NCBI GenBank assembly: GCA_009914755.4
Contig: CP068257.2
Coordinates: 27,712,001-27,776,000, forward strand
DNA: 64,000 nucleotides
Reading direction: 5' to 3'
Source: the human T2T-CHM13v2.0 reference genome, Homo sapiens
Shown here piece by piece: positions 1-12,758 of this stretch (position 1 is the first letter of the stretch; each line of letters begins with the position of its first letter). The notes under the pieces are model-generated. The model searched no databases, was not told the DNA's origin, and worked only from the letters and a program-made list of their open reading frames with translations. Both the position numbers and the translations under genes were made by a program.

Positions 1-2694
1 TAAAATTCTCTAAAATTGCTTCTAATTGAATAGAATTGTACATTCCATTTTCATTTTCTCACTTCATGTGGATTTACTCAGTTTAGTCTTTTGATCGGTA
101 ATTAGTATATCTGAATTTGTAGGAGAGAATCTTTCCTTAGTTGATGATAATCATGCCTCAAAAAAAAAAAATTCCAGCATTCAGGTGTTTTAGGAAGCAC
201 AGATTTTAGCTTTGCTTCTGATTTTACTTAATGTTAGTTTGGATAGAGAAGTATAGGGACTCTTAAGGGGTATTATCTCTATCAGTCATTAAGTTTTAAA
301 AACTTATCTGCCGAGTCAGCTCTTTGTATCCTATTCAATTTCCAACCAGGCCCTTCTGACCAAGCTTTGGGCAGCTGCTCAGCGGTATTGGCCATCCAGG
401 GCAAAGTCTTCTGGTCTAATCATAGTGATTCTCAGCTGGGGATGATTTTGCTTGCCTAGGGGACACTTGGCAGTTCCCAGAGACACAAATCTCGGGGGCA
501 GGGTATAGGATATGGCTTCTAGGGGCAGAGGCCAGGACAGCCCTCACAACAATTACCCACCCAGGGTATTGATCTGGCTGACATTGAGAAACCCTGACTA
601 GACCAACGATGGAATCAAGATGACTTGTAAGAAAGTGCTCAGTTGTGTGAGATAGTGTGGTGGCTGCAAGAGTTCAAAGGAGACAGGGTGAGAAACGTGG
701 GATTTCACCAAGCTTTGAAAGATTGTAGTCTGAATCGGGAGAAGGATGGTCTCTGGGGAGAGGAGGCCACTTGGCACAAATAAGCCTGGCGTGTTAAAGG
801 AACAGAAGGAGGTTGTCACAGTGAGAGGGAGAAGGAGGAAGGCCCCCACTTGAGTGTTCACCAGTGGGTGTCCCAGCATCTTGCCCTACCCAGATTGACT
901 TAAGTTATCGAAGGTCTGAGGTTAGACTGTAAGGGCTTTAAGAGCAACAGAAGTATAGGTAGTAGGTATTGAGGGTTTAGAGGAAGGCCAAAAATAGCAC
1001 CCTTTCCCTGGCCAGAGTTTTGAACCATTTGAGAAATAAAAAGTAGGTGAAGTCCATATCGCTGATGGAACCCAGCTTGGAACCATGGCTTTCTAGCTGT
1101 TTAGCCCAGTGAACCTGCTAAAAGTGCATTCTGGAATTAGGCAGACTTAATCCATCCACCGGTCACCTTGGACGACCCCAAAAGGGGCAGAGCTCTTAGA
1201 GGAGCAGAAAAATGTAAACAGGGAGCAAATTCCACAAGTAAGGGGTGGGCCGAGCCAAGTAGACTTAATGACGCTAAAAATTTACTCATTAGAATCAGGG
1301 ACTACTACATCAGGGCCAGGACAAAGTACAAAGTGGAAGTACAAAGGCCAGAGGGTGTTTCTTGCCCTGGAGATTTAAACTAGGGAAGTCTTAGGGAAGA
1401 GTGTTCCCCTTTCATGCTCCCCAGTTTAAGTTCTCTTGAAACATTGGCCCATTGCTCAACCAGGGCTGTGACTGATGGCCTGGAGGAGGAGAGCATCTGT
1501 TCCAGAGGGCAGACCTCCTCTCACCTTTGAGGCCACTTCCCAACACCAGCCTTTGCAGGTGTGACTGGCTTGGGCTGTCAGTGAACATTTGGTCTCAGAA
1601 GGCTCTGGATCCAGCAGTGTACTAGTAAGTAAATGAATTCAAAGGCTACTCTGTACCAAAGACTGAACATTTTTCTCATCCCTAATTCTCTCCTACCTCA
1701 TCGTCCCGTGTAGCATGTAGCATATCAGATGTTCTGCATTGAGATTAGATCCCAACATAACATTCCCATAAGAAAATGCATGAAAGTCCAGGAATAAAAT
1801 GCTAGCAACATAATGATATCCAAATTTGAATGGAAGTTTAACTTTTATTATTCAACTTTTAGAGAAAAAAATTCAAAGATTAAGTCCCTTTGGATTAAAA
1901 AAAATCTAAAGGCATTAAAGTCTAAAGGAACTAAAGCAAATCAAATTATTTTGTCCACCTGAGTTCGAAGTACAAAACTTTAAGAAAAATAAATCCCAAG
2001 ACTATCCTGCCAGATTTCTCATTCAGATCAGCCTTGGCCAGAGGAGTTTTTGATGCCTAGGTCCAGTTGAGATTCTTTCAAGAGGCTGTAGCTGGAATTG
2101 TCTTTAAGAGAGTGGTTGTTCCTACCGTGCTCCAGAAGGAACTAGGTTTGAGGCTGAGTCTCTGATGTGCTCACTTTAGAGTCAGAAGAGTTAACCACAA
2201 AATTATCATAGCCTTGGCCCCACAACCACCCTTGTTTCGAAACAAGCTAATTCCCAGGTACTAAAGCAGTCATCCCATACAACACTGCTCCCACAGCTCA
2301 GTACCTAGTGCTGCCAGAGACCATAGTAGAACCTCAATAGTATCTGGAAAAAAAAAAAATCTTGGTTTCAGTTCCCCAAAGATGCCCCAGTGTTTTGTAA
2401 CTCACAACTCGTGATCCTAATTTCTATTGGAAGGACGCTCAAAAAGGGCTTAATTTTGGCCGTATACACTGATCATTCCTGGGGGAAAGACCACCATTGC
2501 ATGACACCTTAATTTACATTTCCCCTTCCAACAAGCTGTTTCTGGTACCTGGACTGTTGAGTGAGGGCTCCCTCTAGGGGCTCTGAGCCAACATCCCTGT
2601 ATACAGGCGTTTTCAGGCCTGAGCCAGAATGCATGTTTAGGCCTAAGAAAGTTGCCTCCTAGGGATGGAGGAGGCGTCTTAAATCTATCTTTAC

Positions 2695-2990
2695 GGCCCG
2701 GCAGGGTGGCTCACGCCTGTAATCCCAGCACTTTGGGAGGCTGAGGTGGGCGGATCACGAGGTCAGGAGATTGAGACCATCCTGGCTAACACGATGAAAC
2801 CCCATCTCTACTAAAAATACAAAAAATTAGCCGGGCGTGGTGGCAGGTGCCTGTAGTCCCAGCTACTCAGGAGACTGAGGCAGGAGAATGGCGTGAACCC
2901 AGGAGGCGGAGCTTGCAGTGAGCCGAGATAGCGCCACTGCTACCCAGCCTGGGCGACAGAGTGAGACTCCGTCTCAAAAAAAAAAAAAAA
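2695..2990 (+). mobile_element. Full-length Alu SINE (AluS/Y-like) with poly-A tail
   Basis: Starts GGCCCGGCAGGGTGGCTCACGCCTGTAATCCCAGCACTTTGGGAGGC, dimeric structure with A-rich linker, ends ...GAGACTCCGTCTC(A)15. Flanked by 14-bp TSD AAATCTATCTTTAC at 2681-2694 and 2989-3002. Confidence 0.95.
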
Positions 2991-5915
2991 ATCTATCTTT
3001 ACATAGATTTAAGCAGTCCAGAATCAACTACAGATGAACCACATGGATCCAAGGTCCCTTCATGGTTCCCTCCTTGTGCCTGAATGCAGAATGGAATTTG
3101 GGGTGGCTGATACAGCAAGGGCCACAGTGGCCTGGCGCTACCAGTTAGAAGCTAGAACCTTACAAGCACTCTGTAGTACGTTGGAACCCAGCTGCCTTGA
3201 AAATCGGTGAAAATCAGTACCTATTATTTTTCCCAGCTACACCTAAAAGGCCTGTGAAGTCTGCTTTTCCCCTGGAAACTGCAGCAGTGGCATCTTGAGG
3301 CCACCTGCCCTGCCAAGCACCTGTGGGCGCTGGGCCTTTCCCTGTGAAACTGCTATGTTGCTGTTGATGGAGAGGGGCCCACCGGCGGCTGCTGCCCACA
3401 TTTAATTTATTCCATGTTGCACCCACTTTCTAGGGCCTCTTGCAGTCCGTGAGAGGTGTGGAGGGAATTTCTGCCAGTTGGGTTTAAGATCATGGGTAGT
3501 ACATTCCAGAAAGTGGGTGTTGACTGACAGGCATCAGGGGGAAGCTAATGTAAGGATTTTCCCCATTGACTTTCCTTGCCTCAGTTACCACTGAGTACCT
3601 TCCACAGCCTTTGGGTGCACCAGGTACCGTGTTCTAAGAATATAATTTTTCTTGGACAGCTGCTGTCTTGGCTGGGGATTGGCTTGATTTCAAAACAGGT
3701 GGTGCAAATGCTGTGATAATCTTGTGAGTGTCTCATTATTAATGCTGAGCCACTTAGACTCTTGGCATTGAGCCAGTTAAACTCCTGAGTCCCTGAAGGA
3801 ATTGCACTATGAGAGGCGCTCCATATCTCTTCTGAAGTCCTTGCGCCTTTCACTTAAGATGCCCCTCCCCACCAGCCTCTCCAAAGGCCTAAGGAGACCA
3901 GTTAGGGCTCCACAGAAAGTCATTCTCTGAGGAAAAACACCACAAGCCACAACGATCCTCTAGATTCAATATGCTCACAGCCTGCTTTAAAACCTCTTAC
4001 CCAAACCAACGTCACTCCTGTAAAAACCCACTTGGCCTAATACAAACCTCCACATACAATCGAAGGTAAAATGTCACGGCCTCTACTGCACCCCATGGTT
4101 CACAAGACTCCCAATCACATGCGTCTCTTACTACCCAAACTCTGCTCTTCTGGTTTTGATTTTTCAATGTCTGTATACAATGCCGCCCTGCCAAATGTTG
4201 GGTTTCCAAAGGAACATTGCATATTCCTTTCCTGAGCTATGAAGAATTTGAGAGAGAAAATAAAGGAATGGTAGATGGGAAACCAAAACAAAACCTCAGT
4301 TGCTGATAATGGAGTAGCTTAGCGTGAGAGCCTAGTGCAAACTCCAGAATGAGTCAAGTTGACCTTATCAGGTTGTTTCTTGTTAGAGGGAAGTAACTTT
4401 TCCACCCTTGGTTTCCATGAAGGGAGATTTTCCTCTGGGCAGCATAGCACCACCTATACTCCGCTAATCAGCATGGTGGTGTGGAGGCGTAGAGTGCTAG
4501 TGGTGCTATTTGGAGACGGGCACATCCCAAGAGGAAGAATGGCCATGCAGGGCAGAGGACAACCAGTTATTTTCAGATTTATCAATCAGCCAGCGCACTC
4601 CATCTCTGCAGGGATGAGGGGAGCAAAGAGGTTGAGGGAAGATCATGTTCCAAGGTCAGAGTGTAGAAGGTGAAGGGAAGAATGTGGAAAGGAATTACGT
4701 GGAGGCAGAGTCTGGGGGCTTTGAGAAGCTTGCAAGAAGAGAAAGAGAAAGATACCCCAGAAGAGGAGCAGACTCCCATGAAAGCCACGAACTTGCCCTC
4801 TCATCTGCACACTCCACTACTAGCGGGAACATAGGTTCAGGTTTAAAAGCCAAGCCTGACCTTGTGTTTAACTGCAAACACTTCTTTTTCCTCTTCCTCA
4901 TCTTATTCTTAAAGTATAAATGCAAAGATCATGGAAAATATTTAAAAATTGAGCACATTACCTTTTCATTTTAAAACAGCCATCCTTTAAAACAGACACC
5001 ATTTTCATTCTGCACTCTTAGTTTATACTTAATCACTGTCCCGAAAGTCAGCTGTTTTCTAAACAGTTAATTTCCTTCTTTCAGGAGACCGGACCTAAAT
5101 AATTTTCCAGATACCATCTTGATATGCAGGTTTCCCATGTGATGTGAATCTCTTGGCAGGAGATCCTGTTAACAATACCCAGCACGCTATATGAAAATAT
5201 CCACTATAACTTAAGCTTTCTAAAGTAATACCTATTTGGTCCACCTCAGAAACTGACAGTAGTTCTGTTTTGAGCTATTAATTTCAGAGAATCTTCCTTT
5301 GTGAAATAAGCATGCTTATGTTTTCCTTGCTTTGATTTAAATGATAGCCTTAACTGCTGGGCACAGGACTACTATTAAAACCTTAAGAATAAGATTTTCT
5401 GAAGAAGGAACTCGTTTTTTAAGCACTGTGTTTTCATCTCATTTGAGCGTTTACTCTGGGCTTTAGAAGACCTCATCTATTATGCTCAACATCTGATATT
5501 TGAGGGGTTCTGTTTCAGGGTTCTGTGGAAAATCTGATGTGCCAAGAAGTGTTCCATACCATTCTGAGAACTCTGGATACCTGCTCAGACAGCTCTGTTT
5601 CAGCTAAACAGTAACATCTGGGAGGGAAGCTTAATGTGGAATCAAGGATGAAGTTTAACACAGGAATGAGAAGTAGAGCACATAGCTGCTAAGATAAGGT
5701 AGGAGAATTTGGCTAGTAAAAGCACTTAATGGCCTGAACTTGTGTTTACTAGGGCCTGGGAGAGCAGACAGCTGCCAGCATACTTAAAATAGGTTGAGTA
5801 TGAAGTATGCACTTAAGGACTAAAAGAATTGCAGAAATTTAAGCAATGACTCAGTTACAAATCCAAGCCCCTTCAGAAAGTACAGGAACTATGGGGAGGA
5901 ATAGAAAGAACATAA

Positions 5916-6269
<354 letters not shown>

Positions 6270-6433
6270 TTAGCCACAGTATAGCCAAAGGAAAATTACT
6301 TAATGTCTCTCAGATAGAATTTCCTTATATGTATGTCTTTCATGTTGGGACTTCTGGTCCTCGATAGCAAAGTAAGACTGACTCAAACTTCTACTCACAC
6401 CTCGTGAAAATTCAAATCAATTCACCGCATTGA

Positions 6434-6897
<464 letters not shown>

Positions 6898-7031
6898 TAA
6901 TTTTTGTATTTTTAGTAGAGATGGGGTTTCACTATGTTTGCCAGGCTGGTCTTGAACTCCTGACCTCATGATCTGCCTGCCTTGGCCTCCCAAAGTGTTG
7001 GAATTACAGGCAAGAGCCACCGTGCCTGGCC
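6898..7031 (-). mobile_element. Partial Alu (left-monomer half), abutting the previous Alu
   Basis: TAATTTTTGTATTTTTAGTAGAGATGGGGTTTCAC...CCTCCCAAAGTGTTGGAATTACAGGCAAGAGCCACCGTGCCTGGCC. Begins at the linker region and is contiguous with the Alu at 6604-6897. Confidence 0.85.
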
Positions 7032-8884
7032 GGTTACAGTTTTCTAAGAAATGGCAATGGAAGGCCTCACTGAGAAGATGTAAGAACTGAAGGAGGTGAA
7101 GTGAGTTTTAGTGGTTACACATTGCAAATTATTTTTGGCTAAGTTGTAAGTAAAAAATAGAGGAAATAACCAATCTTGTATGGTTGTAGTAAGAATCAAA
7201 TGAAACAATGTATGGAAGAGTGTCTACCAGAAGGCCCCATGACACAGCTAGCACGCAATAAGCTTTCATCGTCTTGTATAGAATGGTACCATCCAATTCA
7301 GTACCCACTAGCCACATGCCACGTGTCACAACCCCCTTCTTTTCTTAGTACCTTTTTGTCAGAGGTCCCCTCTCTGTTCCTCCAACTTGCCAAAATTCAC
7401 CTCCATCTCCTTTGCAGCATTTGAGAAGGAACTGGCCAAGAAGTGTTTTTGGAATTCTTAGCTGACCACCCACCTCCAGCCTACAGAGGTGGTTGAAAAG
7501 ACTAAGAAGAGTTTTTTGGAGAAGATAGAGAATTTTGTTAGAAAATGTGGTAGTGCTGGGACTGTAACCTTCTTAATCTTAGTGAGGGGGGCTATGAGAT
7601 GCCCACTAAAAAAGCCTTGACATGAGTCACCTAGAGTTTGGGAGACACAAAGGACTGGCACCTTATGCATAAAAAATATTGCTTGAGTAGATGGATGAAA
7701 CTCCTGTGGCAGCAGAATAGAGTGGCATTTGGGAAGAAGAAGAATTGGCACTGGTGGGGGTAAAAGTTATAGGACTTCAGCCACCAGATGTGGAACCTAA
7801 ATGAGGACTGTTCGTCTGAGGTCATTTCCAAGGGGATCCTATTCAACAGGGCTTCTGCCAGGGAGGGAGGTTGCCTTTGAAAGAGAAAATCTGAGATTTA
7901 CCCTCAGGTACAGAAGCTGAGGGATTGCTCATGGTCAACCAATGGAGCTCTAAAAGATGAGCGGGAAGCTGGGTGAAGAGGAAGCATGTTTTGAGCCAAG
8001 GCAATTGCATATGCAAAGGCTGAGGGATGAGAGAGGGCCTCTCATGGTTTATTTGTAGAGCTGAAAGATGTTTGGTGTGGTTGCATGCCATGTATGTGTG
8101 GCCGGGGATAATGAGGGCTCCAGGTTGGAGGAGTGACATGTGGTGAGTCAGGAGAGGGGTGAGAAGAGTCCAGACCTTCTCAGGTATATGATAAAGTTTG
8201 ACATTTATCTTAAGGACAATGGGAAACTTTTGAAAGGTGTGATATGATCAGTCCTGTGTTTCACAGTTTGTTTTGGCTGCAGTGAGGAGAGTGGATTGTG
8301 GAGTGGGAAGAGTGGAATGGGAGATACCAGTAAGAAACCACGGCTGTAGTCAGACAAGAAGTTAGGTGGACTGGACCAGGGATGTGTTCGTGGGAAATCA
8401 GAACAGTGGCCAGATTCATGAAACATGGCAGAGATGACTGTCCTGAGGTAGAAGAAGAGCTGGTAAAAAAGATAGAACCACAGACGATCCCCAGGTTCCT
8501 TTCTTGAACAACAGAGTGGAAGATGTTTCTGTTCAATGCGATGGTGAACACGAGGTCAGAGCAGGTTTGTGGAACCAGGTGTTAAATTCAGTGATGAGTG
8601 TACTGCAGGCAAGGCATGCTGTGTGGCGCCCATGTGGTTGTTGACATGTAAGACTTCTGCTCAGGAGGAAGATTTGGGCCAAAGCTTTACATTTATGCCT
8701 TTGGCATATGGTCCACTTTTGAAGCTATGTGAGAGGAAAAGCTTGCCTGAAAAGTGTGTGTGTGGTGAACAGAGGAGATAGCCCAGGACAGACCCCAAAG
8801 GAATACTGATGACTGGGAAAGAAGAACTCATAATGGAGATAAGGAACACTAGAGGAGAAGGAAGATCAGAAGCAAGCAAGATCT

Positions 8885-9343
8885 TGCAGCAGCAAGATTT
8901 ATTGTGAAGAGTGAAAGAAAAAGCTTCCACAGCATGGAAGGGGACCGGAGCGGGTTGCCCCTGCTGACTGGGGTGGCCAGCTTTTATTCCCTTATTTGGC
9001 TCTGCCACATCCTGCTGATTGGTCCATTTTACAGAGCACTGATTGGTCCATTTTGCAGAGTGCTGATTGGTCTGTTTTTACAGAGTGCTGATTGGTGCGT
9101 TTACAAACCTTTAGCTAGACACAGAGTGCTGATTGGTCCGTTTTTACAGAGGGCTGTTTGGTGCGTTTACAAACCCTTAGCTAGACACAGAGCGCTGATT
9201 GGTGCGTTTTTACAGAGTGCTGATTGGTGCGTTTACAAACCTTTAGCTAGACACAGAGTGCTGATTGGTGTGTTTACAATCCTTTAGCTAGACAGAAAAG
9301 TTCTCCAAGTCCCCACCTAACCCAGAAGGCCAGCTGGCTTCAC
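8885..9343 (+). mobile_element. LTR12-family (HERV9/ERV9 LTR) U3 fragment, truncated
   Basis: TGCAGCAGCAAGATTTATTGTGAAGAGTGAAAGAA..AAGCTTCCACAGCATGGAAGGGGACC..GCTTTTATTCCCTTATTTGG..CTGCTGATTGGTCC matches my recollection of the LTR12 5' end. Tandem CTGATTGG units follow, then AAAAGTTCTCCAAGTCCCCACC..CCAGCTGGCTTCACC. Similarity to LTR12 stops at about 9343, so the long GC-rich remainder of the LTR is absent. Strand follows my memory of the consensus orientation and could be inverted. Confidence 0.65.
9010..9290. promoter_or_regulatory. Tandem array of ~8 inverted CCAAT boxes (ATTGG) within the ERV9 LTR U3 enhancer repeats
   Basis: (C/G)TGATTGG(T)C/GC recurs at approximately 9016, 9041, 9064, 9090, 9131, 9195, 9220 and 9261, with a degenerate copy near 9155. 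Units of about 21-41 bp alternate with TTTACAAACCTTTAGCTAGACACAGAG. The ERV9 U3 enhancer is published as containing repeated CCAAT/GATA/CCACC (NF-Y/GATA/MZF1) motifs. Confidence 0.55.
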
Positions 9344-9539
9344 CTCTCAATCCCCCCTCTAAACAGGACACCCCAACTGCTGCTGGGAATTGGGCGATGA
9401 CTGCTCTAGCTACTTCCTGCTGGATAGAGGCAAAGAAGGGTCCCTGCAGTTGCAGTGTCTTCCAGAGGGGAACTCTCTAGGCCAGTGAAAGGGCCAGCGG
9501 GTCGGTCCAGGGGTCCTCGGTAGAAGTTGTTAGTTTAGC

Positions 9540-9990
9540 TCATTTGGGGTTCCATTCGTAAGACCATCTGTAGCTTGATGGCCTCGATTCTAGAGGAAAC
9601 AGATTTGACAAGGAGGTTAAAAATAAGGGTCCGAAGGCGAGTAATAGCAAGATGGCTGCCACAGGACCTAGAAAGGGGAGAAGCCATGTTGCCCAACTCC
9701 AGAGGTTGGTATAAGAGTTTTGAAAGGCGTTGTCTGATTTCAGAAGCCTTTTCCTGTAAGCGCCAGGTGGCATCTCTTACTATCCCTGACTGATTAGTGT
9801 AAAAACAACACTCTTCCCCTAAGAAGATGCAGAGTCCTCCTTTCTCAGCAGTGAGGAGGTCTAGGCCTCAGCAGTTTTGGAGAGTCACTGCTGCCAAAGA
9901 GTCTATTTGGGATTGTAGAGTAAGGATAGATTTCGTTATTTCTTGCAAACTATCTGAGAAATCCTGTGAGAGTGTGTGGTAGTAGGATAA
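9540..9990 (-). pseudogene. Retroviral env transmembrane-subunit remnant (immunosuppressive domain, membrane anchor, cytoplasmic tail), with stop codons
   Basis: The reverse-complement reading gives ...[52 protein letters not shown]... It continues as ...[36 protein letters not shown]... (the track ORF at 9540-9773, a different frame), which matches the gammaretroviral ISD consensus [26 protein letters not shown] and the membrane anchor. The reading after the frame break ends ...[26 protein letters not shown], matching the HERV-H/W env C-terminus. The QNC* looks like CpG decay of CGC/CGA Arg codons into TGC/TGA. Confidence 0.85.
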
Positions 9991-10714
9991 TGAAGTGGAT
10001 ATACTGGCTATTCCGGTTCCTGTAGCAGTAGCCATTCCTAACCCTATTAAGTAGGGTATTAGTTGTATGGCTCTGCACTGACGGACTTGAGCTTTGAGGG
10101 GAACAGATAGGGTCTGATTTCCATAAAATTAGAAGTTAGTACAATACATGTTACACTGTTAACTTTTAGCAAACTTTTGTTGAAAACCTTGTAAGTTTGG
10201 GGTTTTAATTTTTCTTTGCTATTAATAAAACCTCATTCAGTCCATATTAACTTAGAATTGGTATAGATGGCTCCTTCCTGATACTGTAAGTACTTTAAGG
10301 TTTGGCTGAGTGCAAACAGCTGCATGTTTGAACAGACCAATTATTAGGCAATTTTCTTAACTGCTTCTACAAGAGTTTCCTTATCACTTACTGAATACCC
10401 ATTGTGTCTTTTTTCCTTAGTAGTTGAGGAGGAACCGTATATTATCCTGTCCTGAAGGGAGTTCCTCCTAGATCTGGTCAGACCTTTGTATGGTAATTAA
10501 TTAAGATTTAGATCCCCTGTTAGGAAACCTGCTGGGTTAAGGATTTTTGATAGGAAGGCTATGGGTTGTCAGTGGCTTCAGTGCTTTCGGGCTACGCCCT
10601 TGTTTACACTGACAACAAGGTGATATTGGAGTGTTACAGGGTTACAGAGAAGACCTTCAATTATCAATTATAGGTTTTAAATTTACCCTGGCTTTTAATG
10701 GAATAGGGTACACT

Positions 10715-10810
10715 GTTTTTCCTTTACTACTTCTATCTCTCTCTTTCTCTCTCTTTGACTTCTTCTTTGTCTCTTTCTTTCTCTCTTCCTTTCTGTTGCC
10801 TCTGCCAGCT
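10715..10810. repeat. CT-rich low-complexity tract inside the ERV, near the inferred pol-env deletion
   Basis: CTTCTATCTCTCTCTTTCTCTCTCTTTGACTTCTTCTTTGTCTCTTTCTTTCTCTCTTCC. Confidence 0.6.
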
Positions 10811-10886
10811 GCTTATGTTGCTGTTTTCCCCTCTCCTTCCCCTTTTGATGGCTTTGGCAGTGTAAGACTGCCACCTCCTTGGGTTT

Positions 10887-11168
10887 TTACACTGCATGCA
10901 ATAACTCCATGGTTTCTTTGTGATATTTAATGGGCGTTCCCCCAGAGGTTAGTAACTCCCTTTCTTTCCATATTGCAGCATGGGCATGTAGGATTAGATA
11001 AGCATACTTGCTATCTGTATACACATTTATTCTTCTTCCCTTTCCCAGTTCTAAGGCTCGGGTCAGTGCCACTAGTTCTGCTAACGGGGCGCTGGTCCCT
11101 GGGGGAAGAGGCTTACTTTCAAGTACTGTTACTGTGGCATAACCTGCCCTTCGTATCCCATTCTCCAC
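10887..11168 (-). pseudogene. Retroviral pol RNase H domain remnant
   Basis: ORF peptide ...TSAPLAELVALTRALELGKGRRINVYTDSKYAYLILHAHAAIWKERELLTSGGTPIKYHKETMELLHAV matches the gammaretroviral RNase H core (AELIALTQAL...NVYTDSRYAF...H.HG.IY..RGLLTS.GK.IKN..EI..LL). Confidence 0.85.
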
Positions 11169-11243
11169 AAGTGAACTTCCGTCGGTATATAGGTTAAGGT
11201 GAGGATTAGCTACGGGGACTTCTAAGAGATCATGTCAGGCGGC

Positions 11244-12009
11244 CTAAGTCTGGACTACAATTTGTTGGCAGTCACGCTCGATTGGTTCCCCATCCTCTGG
11301 GAGAAAAGTGGCAGGGTTGAGGGCCACGCATGTACATATTTGAAGCACCAGTCCCTCAATGAGTAGCGCCTGGTATCTGAGTAGGTGGTTGTCTGATAGC
11401 CATAAACTTCCTTTGGCACCTAGTATGCCATTTACATCATGAGTAGTCCAGACAGTGAGATCCTTTCCTTGTATTATTTTGATAGCCTCTGACACTAAGA
11501 TGGCCACCGCCACAACTACCCTTAAAGAGTGAGGCCAGCCTTTCGCTACTACATCAATTTCCTTACTTAGGTATGCCACTGGTTGTGGGGTTGCCCCATG
11601 AGTCTGAGTAAGGACTCCAAGAGCCATCCTTGCTCTCTCTGTGATGCATAAAGAAAAGTTTCATCCTGTGGGAAGGCTTAAGGCTGGAGCTTGAGTTTGT
11701 TCCTTCCAATGCCCAGACTTCAGGGTTGATTCCCTCCTCAAGTAGGGGACAACAAATGGGTAACTCGTTCCCCATATTCATGTAGATAATAACTCCAGCT
11801 TTGGCTACTCCTACTGGATCTAGTGGAGTCAGCGTGATCCGCTTCTCCCACTCACCTAGTCCCCACACGCCCTGAGAGCTAGTCCCTGTGGTCTGATGTC
11901 CACCCCTCACTTCTTCTGCCCTTTCCTTATACTTCCCTGCTGGAGTGACTGGAAGTGGGGATGCTCTTCCCTGGACACAGGGGAGAAGGAGGGCCCCTGG
12001 GGTTGTCAC
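11244..12009 (-). pseudogene. Retroviral pol reverse-transcriptase (thumb/connection) remnant, frameshifted
   Basis: ORF 11244-11627 (PVAYLSKEIDVVAKGWPHSLRVVVAVAILVSEA...HLLRYQALLIEG...VALNPATFLP) parallels the MLV RT connection region ([29 protein letters not shown]...HYQALLL...VALNPATLLP). Overlapping ORF 11563-12009 lies in another frame. Confidence 0.75.
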
Positions 12010-12343
12010 TTCCTCTGCCCTTTTGGGTGGGGCAGGAAGGGCACATTTGATGTTAGCAATTCAGCGTAAAAGTGAAAACTAATTTGGCCTCAAGATTTAA
12101 GAGTCATCCAAACAACAGTTACAGGGCTAATATCTTTAATCTTTACACATTTGACAATATCCAATAAAAAGAACACCAAACTACATCAAGACAAAGGAGC
12201 AACAGACATGGGCCTGCAGAGGACAAAAGAGAAAACAGGAGCACTCAATAACCAGGAACTCAGGGACTTTGGAGGCAACCTGTGTGGGTTAAACATGCTT
12301 TTGAAGATTTTTATCATTATTTCTCATTAGAAATATAAAAAGT

Positions 12344-12758
<415 letters not shown>

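Larger units (their letters stand above)
9344..12040 (-). mobile_element. Class I (gamma-like) endogenous retrovirus internal region (HERV-H/HERV9/HERV-W-like): 3' env plus partial pol, internally deleted, lacking gag and the 5' part
   Basis: Minus-strand translation gives env TM and pol RT/RNase H remnants (listed separately). RNase H end (10887) and env end (9540) are only ~1.35 kb apart, so integrase and most of env SU are deleted. No retroviral homology upstream of ~12040. Confidence 0.8.

Noticed and set aside
8160-8880. Stretch upstream of the LTR12 fragment carrying several minus-strand ORFs (8205-9008)
   Set aside because: It has no similarity to retroviral gag/pol that I can recognise and no coding signature. 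It is probably unique or ancient-repeat non-coding sequence, and the ORF at 8904-9287 is simply the LTR12 tandem repeats translated (LIGPFYRALIGPF...).
9010-9290. Regularly spaced ~21-41-bp repeats that superficially resemble a CRISPR array
   Set aside because: The units are imperfect and contiguous, with no unique spacers between them, and they match the ERV9/LTR12 U3 enhancer repeats (CTGATTGG...TTTACAAACCTTTAGCTAGACACAGAG). The surrounding context is eukaryotic.
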